Source: Phoronis australis (taxonomy: Eukaryota; Animalia; Phoronida). Taken from it: a DNA stretch of 64,000 bases. The notes beneath the pieces were generated by a model. The model was given only the letters and a program-made list of their open reading frames with translations. It made no database searches and was not told the origin of the DNA. This document shows, one piece after another, positions 1 to 11,614 of this stretch (the first letter of the stretch is position 1; each line of letters begins with the position of its first letter). The position numbers and the translations under genes are program-made. Location of the stretch: assembly GCA_002633005.1 (NCBI GenBank), contig NMRA01000381.1, positions 183,057 to 247,056 on the forward strand, given 5' to 3'.

Positions 1-685
1 TGTTTCTAAAACGACACTATTGATACTTCTACACTGTAGAACAAAATGGATGACAAAATATCTCTTTTAAAACCAAGCACACCAGTCAACAATGTAGGTG
101 TATACTAAAACCAAGGTGAGACGGTGAAACAAGTGATAAGCGAAGGATACTTTCAGTGATTCAAAAGGAGGTTTATTTTGCTTTTGATATGTAGTAACAT
201 TAGCACCACAAACGTCTTTAGCTTCGTGACAATTACACAGTTCACTTAAATGACACCGTTTATGTGTAACTTAGATTTTAATTCCGCAACCTGTTACAGA
301 AATATGCAAAATACAATTCAACGACAGACACAACTGTGTGAATTCCAGCATTTTTTTGTTAATTCCAAGTCCCTACATCTGAGCATGATAGTCATAAAAT
401 ATTCTACTTGACGGATAGCACTTAAACAAACAACATGCAAGTGCCATTCTAGAAAGTAACTGAAGACATCACAAATAACAGCCAAATCAACTAAACTTTT
501 TGAGTAGTGTGTCCTTTAAAAATGTCACCAGAAAAGGACAGTTTATTATAGATTAGACATCATAAAACGAGATGTCGAGAGTCCTGGACACCAAATGCTG
601 GTAGTGGGAGTGTGCCATCAAAATAAAGTTTTCTTAGCCTAACCTTCATGGAGGAAATGCCAGCTATCCTAAAATACGTACTTAC

Positions 686-3600
686 CCATAAGGAGTCCAA
701 TAATAAATGTCTTTGAGTTGACAGGGTCATAAATCCATACATATAGCTCTTCACCATCAACAAACTCTTGCTGGGGATGCATATCTAGCTTAATTTTTTT
801 CTCCTTTTGGTCTTTATCCTAGGGTTATCACATACAAAAAGTTACTAGACTATGGTTACCTAAAGTTATGACATACATATAGTTGGACTACTGTGACCTA
901 GAGTTACCACTACATAAAGTTGGACTAATGGTGACCTTGAGTAATGACATATGTAAAGTTTTGACAATGGTAATCTAAGAGTTATCACATACATAAAGTA
1001 AGACTACGATGACCTAGAGTTATCACATACATAAAGCTATAGACTATTGGTGACAAAACACCAATCGTGTGTGGCGTATATAAGATAGACACCTCTTGTG
1101 ATGTTTCATTACTACTCATCTTCCCAAGGATTATACATGTTTCATTATATATCAATATTTTTGTACTGTATTTTCAGTCATCATCAATGCCCCTTTTTCA
1201 TCTTTACTCATATTTACTGCGTGGCATGTGTTGAATGTAATAAAGAAAACTGCGCTCTTTTCTACTGCAACATGCAAACATCATTCCACGTAAATGAGTT
1301 TAAAACCGATATTGCTAAAATAGATGAATTAGGAAGCAGACTTCTGCAGATAGCACTACTTCTTATTGACCTTGACATTACATCCAATTACATTACATAC
1401 GTGTTTACATTCATTTTGATAATCTTAAAACAATTCCCACATGTTACATGCTATTCATTACAACTTTTCATAAATTATAAGGCAATTGACTTTTACTTAT
1501 AATAAACAAGTAGATTACCAAGAATAGCTCACCTTTTTATCTTTATCATTGTCCTTCCCTTTTTCTTTTTTACTTCGTTTTTCCTTTTTACTCTTTTTCC
1601 CTTCCTAAAAGGAAACATTTGGACAAGTACTTAATAGGAAAACCCAGAGATCAACAAACTCTCAGATCCTATCAGAAATTACAACTAAAAAGGTGGACTC
1701 AGCCACAGATCCAGGATTTTGTCCAGAGTGATCCAACAAGAGACCAATGTAGGGTTGCTCGAGATTTCTCCATTACAGCAATGTAGCCCTGCTAGAGTGG
1801 ACGTTGCCAAGGAAACACATTCTAATTAGTCATGTCATTTACTTTGTAATAAAGCCAAAAGGCACCTAAAGGTAATTCAATGACTAATGTTTGGTCAGTT
1901 TTTACCCTGCCTTCTCAGCATCAAACTTCATACCATGGGAAGGGGATGGACATTTTAAACACAAAATCTCATATTTTCAACATGGTACTATTATAATTAC
2001 ACTATGTCTTCATTCTCACGGTTGAATACACGGAACAATGTCTAGACCAACAAACCTCTTCCCCATTGGTATCAACAACTTCCTCTTCTGGATTCTTTTT
2101 CTTTTTGCGTTGAACTTTCTCAGCCCGATGGAACAATCCTTTGCACAGTAGGCTAGAATACAATTTTCATAACATCTGCTATGCACATGAAAAAAATGTT
2201 TTCCTATAAGGTGCAATATAAAGATATTTACAAATTATTCTCACGTAATTTCATCTGTGTGTAATGACACAGCTTACATATCCAACTCACACAATATGGT
2301 ATTCATAAACACACAGATGTGTATGCAAAATATGACAGGTAAAAACTGATTTACTATAGTCAGTGTCTGTGCAACTTATAGCATGCTACTTGACAGCAAA
2401 ACAACTGAGACAAACTTAGTAATAAGCTATTGTAAAGCCGAGTGAGGGGAAGCATTGTTGCTTATGAAATATGAAAAAATTGCCCTACCCATGAAATGCT
2501 TGTTATGTGATGTAGTAACCAGCTAGCAGCCTCAAAATTCTTTTTGAGTTGTTACAACTATTTAATAAGGAGTGACAAATTTCAGGGACGTAATGCTACA
2601 TGAAAATTTTCAATATTAAGAATTTTTCATTGGAGTACTTGTTTTACCATGTCTGTCTGTCTGTCTGTCTGTCTGATGATACTTAGGGCTGTAGCTCTAA
2701 ATGTGTCACTAGAGGGCGCAAAACATGTCAAAGCCGTGCCAAAATGTGTAAGTGCTGTCTTCTTTATGGAAACACGTGCATCACATTTTATGAAGTTACA
2801 CCAAAGGACATGAAAGTTATAGAAACACATACAAAAAGGTAAAATTGCCACAAAGGGGCACCGCAGAGGTTGGATCCATCAGCGAGTCAATGTAAGCAGA
2901 GCTCTTGTTACCAGGAGCACACTAACTACATTCCACGATGATTCTTTAAAGATCTTGGTAGATATTGAGGTAGGGACAAAAAAATAAAACTGCCACTAGG
3001 AGGCACAGTGGTATTCAGATAAATTTGAAAATCAACATTAGTCCTGAATCCTTCACACTGTTTTGCAATGAAAATGCAAAGGTCAAAAACAAAACCACAA
3101 CACTAAAATTGCAACTAGAGGGTGCAGCTGCAGTCAGCTTGGCCCGAAGCTGTTATTTGCATCATTTGATACAGTGTATATTGTCTGAATAGGCGCGTCA
3201 ACATGGATCAAATTTTTGATAAGTTTTCAGAAATAAAAGTAAAGAAATGAGAATCGTCCGTTTAGTTATTGACGTAAAATTATTCTACCAGATTCATATC
3301 ATGTTTCAGTTTTGCAACATTTTGTGCTACCGTAAAGTCCAGAAAATTGAAATGGACCCCAAGCATTATGGAGAAAGTGAGACGACTGGACATAGTGTGT
3401 GGCAATAGCTTTCAGAGTGCTTCTCTCAACTGTTTTTGCGGTGTCACCTATTAAAATAACTTACAAATTATACAAGTTTTGTAAACAAGTCCTCATGGGA
3501 TGGTTACCTGTTGCAGTAGCTTACACATGAGGAACGTGTTGTAAACAGACCATCTTTGGTCTTGGCCCATTTAGAATCAAGAAGACAGTTGACAGCTTCA

Positions 3601-6600
3601 GAGCCTGTGAAGAAAAATGCATGGCATCTTAGGGAGTGAAACATTAAGAATAATTACAGCATAGAATTCAATTATACAAGGGAACCAGCCAATATACTCA
3701 CTTAGATAACATCTACTGAAGGTAAGTAAATTATAAGTGAGGCATCAGACTGACTGGGCAGTTGATAATTCAGTCACTAGTCTATTGAAGTGTTACAATA
3801 TTGAAAGGGGAATGATTACCTTTAAGAAAGACAAGTTTGATCAATGTGGTACATTCTATTTACCTTGAAATCTGTTTTGAATCTTTTAGTTGACTTTTAT
3901 TAAAAAAATTACAGAAATAACAATTACTGTGAAAGGTGTTCCTAGCGTTTTGAGTTAACTTTTATCAAAACAAACTTAATAAAAAAATATTTAAATCACT
4001 AAATGTGAGACTGTGATCAACTGCATGGCTGTTGTTCTAGTGTTATTGCTAGTTTCTTGCACCGGTGCTTAAGTAAAAAAGGCTGGTACTGAAAAATCAC
4101 CGAGTGTCTCGGGTCATTGAGCAAAGAATAGAAGATTGAGAGCAAGTAGCTTATTCAGACCAGCTGGTCTTTTGGGAACTTGCTTGAAGTGCTACATTTC
4201 TTATTTGAGGGATTGCTATTTCACTAATTTCATTTTGATAGAAAATGACTATTAAATGTAAGAAAGTTCTGTTATAGTAAATGTTTAAGTGACGAAAAAC
4301 TCCTTCAAAAAGGTAATGTTTCCCTTTAACAGGACAACTCCAATTACTGCAACGTTGTGAGCGGTACGCAGGCACAGCATTAAACAGTGTAATGTGAGTG
4401 TAGTCCCTGGTATTATACCCTTGATTATACTGAGTACTTAATATACCAGTAAAGTATATCACTGTCATTCCAACTAGTCTGCCTTCCTTTACAGGTACAG
4501 TAAACCTCAGATGCTTGGCCACCGCATACTCTTCTTTTGAGGGCTGTTCTCCTTCAACCTGAAACAACAAAAATAATTAAAAAGGTAACAATTGTATTTT
4601 GCAATATCAAACCTATGCACAAAAACACATGGTTTTTCAATGAGAACTATGCCACCAGTGACCAACAGAAACATTAAATGAATAGACCAAACTCAGATGT
4701 CATACCCCTTGGGACGTACAGTGTAAAAATGACTAGTTACCAATTTGGACAAATTGAAGTCTCAACAAATGACTGGTAAAAAAAGGTTGATTAAGGGAGT
4801 ATTTGTTCGAGTTGGAAGGAATTAAAGACATCGACAGCCTCCTAAGGTGTCCCTCTATGCACAAAAGATACTTGTAGCAACGTGACATTGATGGTTCAAT
4901 AAGTGTGAGGCATAATTCTCTGAAAAGCTTCCAGCATATGAAGGCCATATGGGAACATCACTGTCTTAACTGCTAAGTAGAGATGGTGGCACTGCTGCAA
5001 CCCAAACTGATGCATGAGCCAAAATGATTTGGCGCACTTCAACTTGGCACCGCTTGATGAGCCAAACTGATGCCAGCACCAAACTGAAGCTACCATAAGT
5101 TCCTAAATTAATGCTTGTGATTTATGGGTTTTTAATGGTTATCAGAACTGAAATTGACGACAGCGAGTGCTCATGTATGCAGGTCATTAGGATTAATCAC
5201 ACTGGGAAGTGCAGGCATCAAGGGATTTGTCGATGTCGTGACACTCCGTGACAAATCGGCAATTACCGTACCGTCCCTTAACCTCTTCAACTCGAACCAT
5301 CAAAGGAGGACTGAGGCGTGAGCTTTTTGGGAACATTTTTGTGCTTTGACTGCAGGAGCAAGGCACCATGAATGGTATTAGAAGAAAGAACTATAGTTAA
5401 TGGTTTGTTGAAACCCTGTTTTGTGAAAATTTATTGAGCTTTGCGTTTGATATGGACAGCTGAAGTGAAGCACCCATGGAATTCCTTGTCCCGAGTGTTA
5501 TACCTTGTAGTATATAGTGTATTGGGGACGTTCAGAAGCTGAGGACACCTGTGTGCCAAATGAGTTTGGATCAGGCATCAGTTTGTGCTGCAACAGGGCT
5601 GTGTTGTGTGACTGGAGTGGCACACGACCGTAGTCTCTACGGAGAATGACGTTAACTGTCGGAGAGCGACGGAGATCAGCTTGGTTTGCAAAGAGCGCCA
5701 CATAGTGTTTGGCTGAGACATCCGTCACTACAGTTTGACACTGTAGTAATAGCCGAGAACACCCGACTCGGGGATCGAACCCGCGACCCCCATAAAACCG
5801 GCAAGCGTGCTAACCATTCAGCTAATAGGCAATTGCCCGTTAGCGAGTAGCTAACAGAGGCTCATATAATTCACCGGAAGCACATCTACAACATTCCCCC
5901 CTTTCCTACGGAACGGGCATGCGACAGGAAGGTGAACACCAGGATGTCTCGCATACAGGTCATCAACGTCCCTTGGTACCTTTACCACCACAACACAGGT
6001 GAACACAAGGTCGTCTCTCATACAGGTCCTTGACTCCTGGAACCTTCCACGCNNNNNNNNNNNNNNNNNNNNNNNNNNNNNNNNNNNNNNNNNNNNNNNN
6101 NNNNNNNNNNNNNNNNNNNNNNNNNNNNNNNNNNNNNNNNNNNNNNNNNNNNNNNNNNNNNNNNNNNNNNNNNNNNNNNNNNNNNNNNNNNNNNNNNNNN
6201 NNNNNNNNNNNNNNNNNNNNNNNNNNNNNNNNNNNNNNNNNNNNNNNNNNNNNNNNNNNNNNNNNNNNNNNNNNNNNNNNNNNNNNNNNNNNNNNNNNNN
6301 NNNNNNNNNNNNNNNNNNNNNNNNNNNNNNNNNNNNNNNNNNNNNNNNNNNNNNNNNNNNNNNNNNNNNNNNNNNNNNNNNNNNNNNNNNNNNNNNNNNN
6401 NNNNNNNNNNNNNNNNNNNNNNNNNNNNNNNNNNNNNNNNNNNNNNNNNNNNNNNNNNNNNNNNNNNNNNNNNNNNNNNNNNNNNNNNNNNNNNNNNNNN
6501 NNNNNNNNNNNNNNNNNNNNNNNNNNNNNNNNNNNNNNNNNNNNNNNNNNNNNNNNNNNNNNNNNNNNNNNNNNNNNNNNNNNNNNNNNNNNNNNNNNNN

Positions 6601-8052
6601 NNNNNNNNNNNNNNNNNNNNNNNNNNNNNNNNNNNNNNNNNNNNNNNNNNNNNNNNNNNNNNNNNNNNNNNNNNNNNNNNNNNNNNNNNNNNNNNNNNNN
6701 NNNNNNNNNNNNNNNNNNNNNNNNNNNNNNNNNNNNNNNNNNNNNNNNNNNNNNNNNNNNNNNNNGGTAATTGTTTACAATATGACGACAATAAGTTGCA
6801 CATATGATTTTGGTATCGTTAGATTCCTCATGCTGTCACCTTTCCAAAAATATATGAATTGATCCCCTACCGCGTTTCCTTCATATTTTATCGTCGAATT
6901 TCAGTTAGCACTATTTCCCGGTGGACACCGCCATGTTAGTTCAACTCAAGATAACAGCGACACCTATTGTTATTGAATTAAACAGCATCATTGATTCTGA
7001 ATGGTGGTTGCCCGCGCGAGATTCCCGCTAAAGTTTTCCTGACATAATATGGTGCATGCACAAGTAGAAGCATTTTACCTTTTCCATTTTTTTAGAATTG
7101 TGACCATTCAGTGACCATTTTTCCATGAAATTGTCTGAAGTGATACTTTTTTCACAAATCTGGACCTCAAAAACAACCTCCGCTTTTTGGCAGATTCTTG
7201 CTAGCAGATGCGTATATCAGGGTCACCATAGGATCGAATTCGAACCCTTGGTTACGTAACTCGGGCAGTGGATTGACGGGTCTCGGTCAATTTGAACTTA
7301 TGAAAAGCGACGATCTGCAAGTCGGTAGATTAGTTCAGTTTTTGACCGCCAGGTGACTCCTTATCCATTCAAAATGGCGGTATTACTACCGAGTACCAGG
7401 AAATAGTGCGAGCAGAAATTTCACGATAAAAAACTAAGGGAACAGGGTAGGACAAATTTCTACGTATATTTGGAAAGATAACATTGCGAGGAATCGAACG
7501 ATACCAAAATCATATGTCTAAGTCTTTGTCGTCATATTGTAAACAATTACCTTGTACTGTACTCTGTGAATACATTGTGTGTTGACCTCAATACGAGTAG
7601 TCAGTGAAGTACATACGTATCACATACAGCGGCGTCAGGCTGATCTTAACCAACTTAAGTTATAACCAGTCTCGATACCTAGAGCACACAACATTTTGGT
7701 GTCCGATATGTTTACCATGTGGATAGAGCGGTCCCTGATTTTGAGAACTAGGCAATCACTGAAAAACGGCCCCTTATCCAGTGGATGAAACTGGTTCTCA
7801 AAATCAGGTACTGCTAAATCTGGAGTGACCGGTTCCGTGGCAGTGCCAGTGGTTCGAAAACAGATGGCCGTTCTTGGCGTTGGTGTCAGCAGGACATGTT
7901 TGACTGGTGAACGCCTTCTTCCTTTCCCTCATGGATCCATAAATAAGGTCATAAATAAATAGATATGACAAGATAAGAATCAGCCAACAGAACAAGAAAA
8001 TTTTAATTCAAACCTCTTGTTTCTTCGACTTGGATTTCCGTTTCTCAGCCAT
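686..8052 (-). CDS. SEC62: Translocation protein SEC62 (5' part; gene continues beyond the left edge)
   Basis: Exons 8052-8014, 4558-4447, 3604-3508, 2152-2056, 1604-1533, 818-686; all GT-AG and phase-consistent. Spliced protein MAEKRKSKSKKQE-VEGEQPSKEEYAVAKHLRF...GSEAVNCLLDSKWAK...LFHRAEKV...(Lys-rich)...KLDMHPQQEFVDGEELYVWIYDPVNSKTFIIGLLM. This matches the SEC62 signatures EPSKEEKAVAKYLRF, AVDCLLDSKWAK and YVWIYDP. Confidence 0.96.
818..1054. repeat. Minisatellite, ~38-41-bp unit x6, overlapping the SEC62 exon 6 acceptor
   Basis: Unit like CCTAGAGTTATCACATACATAAAGTTGGACTATGGTGA, with diverged copies. Confidence 0.85.
2640..3150. mobile_element. Helentron/DINE-like interspersed repeat with (GTCT)n microsatellite and CTCF-like motifs
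   Basis: (GTCT)6 at ~2651-2675 is followed by sub-repeats AAAATTGCCAC-TAG-x-GGGCAC shared with the element at ~20700-22020. Boundaries are approximate. Confidence 0.55.
4770..4995. mobile_element. Copy of the palindromic DNA-transposon family seen at 43535-44463
   Basis: Shares GGGAGTATTTGTT, CTAAGGTGTCCCTCTATG, GAGGCATAATTC and CTTCC.GC.TATGAAG with 43800-43975. Confidence 0.7.
5742..6052 (-). mobile_element. Short LTR containing a tRNA-like Pol III promoter, with polypurine tract and internal sequence running into the gap
   Basis: TGTAG...CTACA termini at 5742-5890. On the minus strand, A box TAGCTGAATGG (5824-5814) and B box GGTTCGATCCC (5781-5771); PPT AGGAAAGGGGGGAA lies just outside the LTR. 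Confidence 0.65.
6767..7551. mobile_element. MITE-like element with ~170-bp imperfect terminal inverted repeats
   Basis: GGTAATTGTTTACAATATGACGACA at 6767 is the exact reverse complement of 7527-7551; the imperfect match continues inward for about 170 bp. The left end abuts the gap. Confidence 0.8.
7729..7813. mobile_element. ~80-bp palindromic mini-MITE (copies also at ~24610-24680 and ~35610-35686)
   Basis: CCTGATTTTGAGAAC...GTTCTCAAAATCAGG inverted arms; AACTGGTTCTCAAAAT recurs in the other two copies. Confidence 0.7.
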
Positions 8053-8659
8053 GACAGACGTGTATTTAATCTGAAAGCCAAATAGTGTATGATCAAAACG
8101 AATTTTTAAACACAGTATTGAAAAATTACTGAAAATTTTAGATTTTTAAAATAAAAATGTTTTCTAAAAAAGTTTTAAAGTTAGTTTTATCTGAGTATTT
8201 ACGGTGTCATAACCTGAACAAGATTAATTGTATTTTGGGGTCAAAGGTCAATTCTTGCACCAACAGCTTCGATCTTCGGTAACCTGGTACGATCTTCGGC
8301 TGCATTAAACGTAAATTCTTCATTTTTACTGTATACCAGTATTTCACCACTTCGTTTAATTAACATCTAGTTCTTTAATCAGGCACAGTTACCAAATATC
8401 CCAAGCATTGTGCCGAGGCGAACTGTACATCCTGTGGGTCCTGGCTGAGGCTTCGTGACACTCACTTACTCGGTGAGCGGAGGTTTGACCCTTGCTCCAC
8501 TCTGCCTCTGGCCCATATGGTTGACCATCGGACATGGCCTGCTGGCGCCGGGTGACCACTTAGTTAGACAGCTAGCTGTGAACGTGACAACTCATCTTGG
8601 AATTGTATATATGGAAGGCTTTTCTTGCAATGAAAGGGATGACAAAATACATAAAAACA

Positions 8660-8985
8660 TTTCTGATACTTATAGGTAATCATTTCAATTCCAAAAACCA
8701 TAATATTGAAGATCTTTCTGTACAAATAATAGAAAAACTCCAACACCCCAGTACCCCTCACAGACTTAAAAGAGAACAATATTGGATAGACAAACTTAAT
8801 ACAATAGAACCTCATGGATTGAACATAAAAACTTCTTAAAATTTGTCATTAAAATTTTTTACGCAAAAATGTATCATTTTCATTACACCATATCTTATAT
8901 GTCAATTGTCATTTTGTGTTTGATTTTACTTTATTTCTGTTTTTGTTGATAAAGGAAGTTATTACATCCGAAAATTTCAAATTTC
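8660..8985 (+). mobile_element. 3' remnant of a Penelope-like retroelement (GIY-YIG endonuclease C-terminus plus degenerate hammerhead)
   Basis: The frame of ORF 8597-8839 reads IGNHFNSKNHNIEDLSVQIIEKL...RLKREQYWIDKLNTIEPHGLN*, the typical PLE HF...RE..WI..L.T..P.GLN end. Downstream lies TTGATAAAG-GAAGTTATTACATCC-GAAA at 8946-8973. Confidence 0.85.
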
Positions 8986-11614
8986 AGTTGATCCATTCTT
9001 GTTGTTTTATTTACCAATTTATGTTTTTAATCTAATATATTTTTGCACAAAAACCACCGAATAAATGTTTATGGCCTGATGCATCACAATTGTAAAAGGG
9101 CATGTACACTATACACTTGTGGTCACAACCCATAGTTCTACTTCATGCAAAAATTCAATAGATAGCTGTTAAGTTATTAAATAATTTGATTAAATTGAGG
9201 ATGTATGACATACAAAAGTAAAAAAATATTACCGCACAGATCAAGTTGTTCTGGGTGATGATGCATTAGATATGTTAACACGGTATAGAGAACTATTTCA
9301 CTTAATTGCAATCTTGATGATTCTAACAAAAAGTAAGTGACGTAATACCAGGGTTACTATTTTTTAAAAAAACTTTATTGGTGCTATTTACCTAGTTTTA
9401 ATGCATTCACCAGTTGGTCAAAATAGTTGAAGCTATGCTTGGTCCAGTGTTCAACTTGTAAACAGTGAACAAATGGTACACGTAGCTATGTAATTACGTA
9501 CATTCCATCAACATAAAATTTTGACTAATTAAAATAGATGACACACTTTGAAGGTGTATTTTGTTTCAGTTTTTCAAATTCTGTCTCATGAAACTGGACC
9601 CAAGGTCTTTTAATAAATAGGAAAACAGGTAGTTTAAAAGTGTACACTATGTCATCCAGTGGTTAATTGTAGTGATGTCACTTAGGTTGGGTCAACTGTA
9701 ACTGTCCCCAGACTTCGTCATGAAGTTCAACAGTACATTATTCTCGTCGTCTTCCGGTACCTTATAATTAAGACGTAGGCTACGTCTAAGTGAGGCAATT
9801 AAATAACACAATCAGAAATGAAAAAAAAACGAGTCTATAATGCTGTTAGACTGCTACATTTTTTGAAAGGAAGGTTTCAAAATGTTATTCTCTCATTCCT
9901 AATACATTTCCTTCCTTTTCCTTTACAGCTGCATGCTTTTTGGCAGCCATTTTCTGATTCGCTCGCTGGCATCTTTTTTCAAAGTATTTTTATTAACCAT
10001 GTCCATTATTGTTATATTATTGGACAAATGTGACATTACTTCTGCGAATTAACTATACATATACATTTAATATATATTTTTGTTAAAAGAGTTAATTTGT
10101 GTATGCAATTACTTTCAGATGAGTTGATCAGCATGTGGCGATTGGCTCAACTTCACAAATCTTGTATGTTTGAGAACTCACTTCTCTGTTACTTTTAAAC
10201 AAGACCATCATCTAACTATCGATGAAAGTTTCAACAAAATTTTATTTACTTACTTTTTAGTGCAAAGAAAATCACGACAAAATCAGACAAATGTCTTGAA
10301 TGGTCTACAGTTTTGTGCTGTCACTATTTGTTGGTTTGCTGCAAGTTGTCGTAAGTCATCAGAGTACCAGCCTTTGTAACATCAGTTGTCACATGACATG
10401 TCATCTAGGATGTTACAGGCTAAGTCCTTTGTGGCATTCTATTGCCCACAAATTTGTTTTCGTCAAACTGGATGCATTTAGGATACACCCGTATTGTTCA
10501 TTAGAACAGCAGTATGTAAAAGTATTTGTAGGCAATATTTTATAGGACAGAGGTTGAAGGTACGTACTCTATACAGAGGTACGTACATTACATTTCAATG
10601 ACATGTCAGGTTTATAATAAATACTTAGTATCTACTGAGAGTTAGTTCAGTAACCAACTTTATTCAAAGAGAACAAATAAAAATACAACATTCATGTGCA
10701 TATGAAGTATATTTTAATTTCATGGTATTTGTTAACATCGGGGTACGTACACTACAAAAAGGGGTACGTACAATACATCACTGTATCTCCACCACATGGT
10801 AACATTATGCTGTGAGGTCATTTATTTTTCTTTGGTTATAATAAGCACCAGGTTATTATTAAAAAGAAATAATTTTATTTGTAATCACAATTCAGTCTAC
10901 TGAATTTCGCTTGGGGGTATGCATACTAAATTTTGTTAGTCTTTTTGGCCCTTTTTCAACATAGCCGAACCCAATTAATTGTTTGGATATTGAGTAATTT
11001 GCTTTGTTGCCTATGCTGACGTATTGTGCAGTTCTGTTTTATTATAGAGTTTTGGGTGGGACAAGAGACAATCGTAGGGTGTGCTTGATATTCCTTTATT
11101 ACAGCTGTGGTGCATCATGTTGAGTCAGGACACCCTGGCCTTTTGTGGATCTGTTGGCAAGTAGGATTTTGTTTCTAGTGTGTGTTTTCTTGGTTCTCAA
11201 ACTCAGAGACCTTCAAAAGTGTCTTGCCACCACTGCTGTAAATGTCATTGGTCTACCCAGGAAGTCATGATTTGCTGACCAAGGCTATAGAGTTTATGAG
11301 TGATATGAAGTCACAGCTCATCAGTGGTCATTCAAATCCAATTGGTATGAAATGGCAATCATGCCACTGGCAGTTACCTGGAAAACATTTCTTACAAAGT
11401 CATCATGCAGTAAAGTATTCAGATATTAAACAGTATTTGGTAATTTTGCTGTGTTTGGAGGAAAAGGCTTTGGTCAGTTGTTACGTTTTTCTTTATTTCA
11501 GAGATGTTGCTTGCTTTGCGCATTTGGTCAGACAAACAAAGAATAAGGGAAAGGAAGAGCTACCGTAGAGTGGGCAAAAACCTCTAAGTCTAATTAAACT
11601 TTGTAAGACTAAGG

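Noticed and set aside
5596-5635. GAGTGGCACACG resembles part of U11 snRNA
   Set aside because: No AAAAAGGGC 5' end, no Sm site and no further similarity.
5999-6862. Long ORFs spanning N runs (also 47662-48810 and 61101-61814)
   Set aside because: Artefacts of translating assembly gaps.
8200-8600. Telomerase RNA or HDV-like ribozyme near SEC62
   Set aside because: No TAACCCTAA template or H box was found. CATGG...GCTGGCGCCGG lacks the P1/P3 pairings an HDV fold needs.
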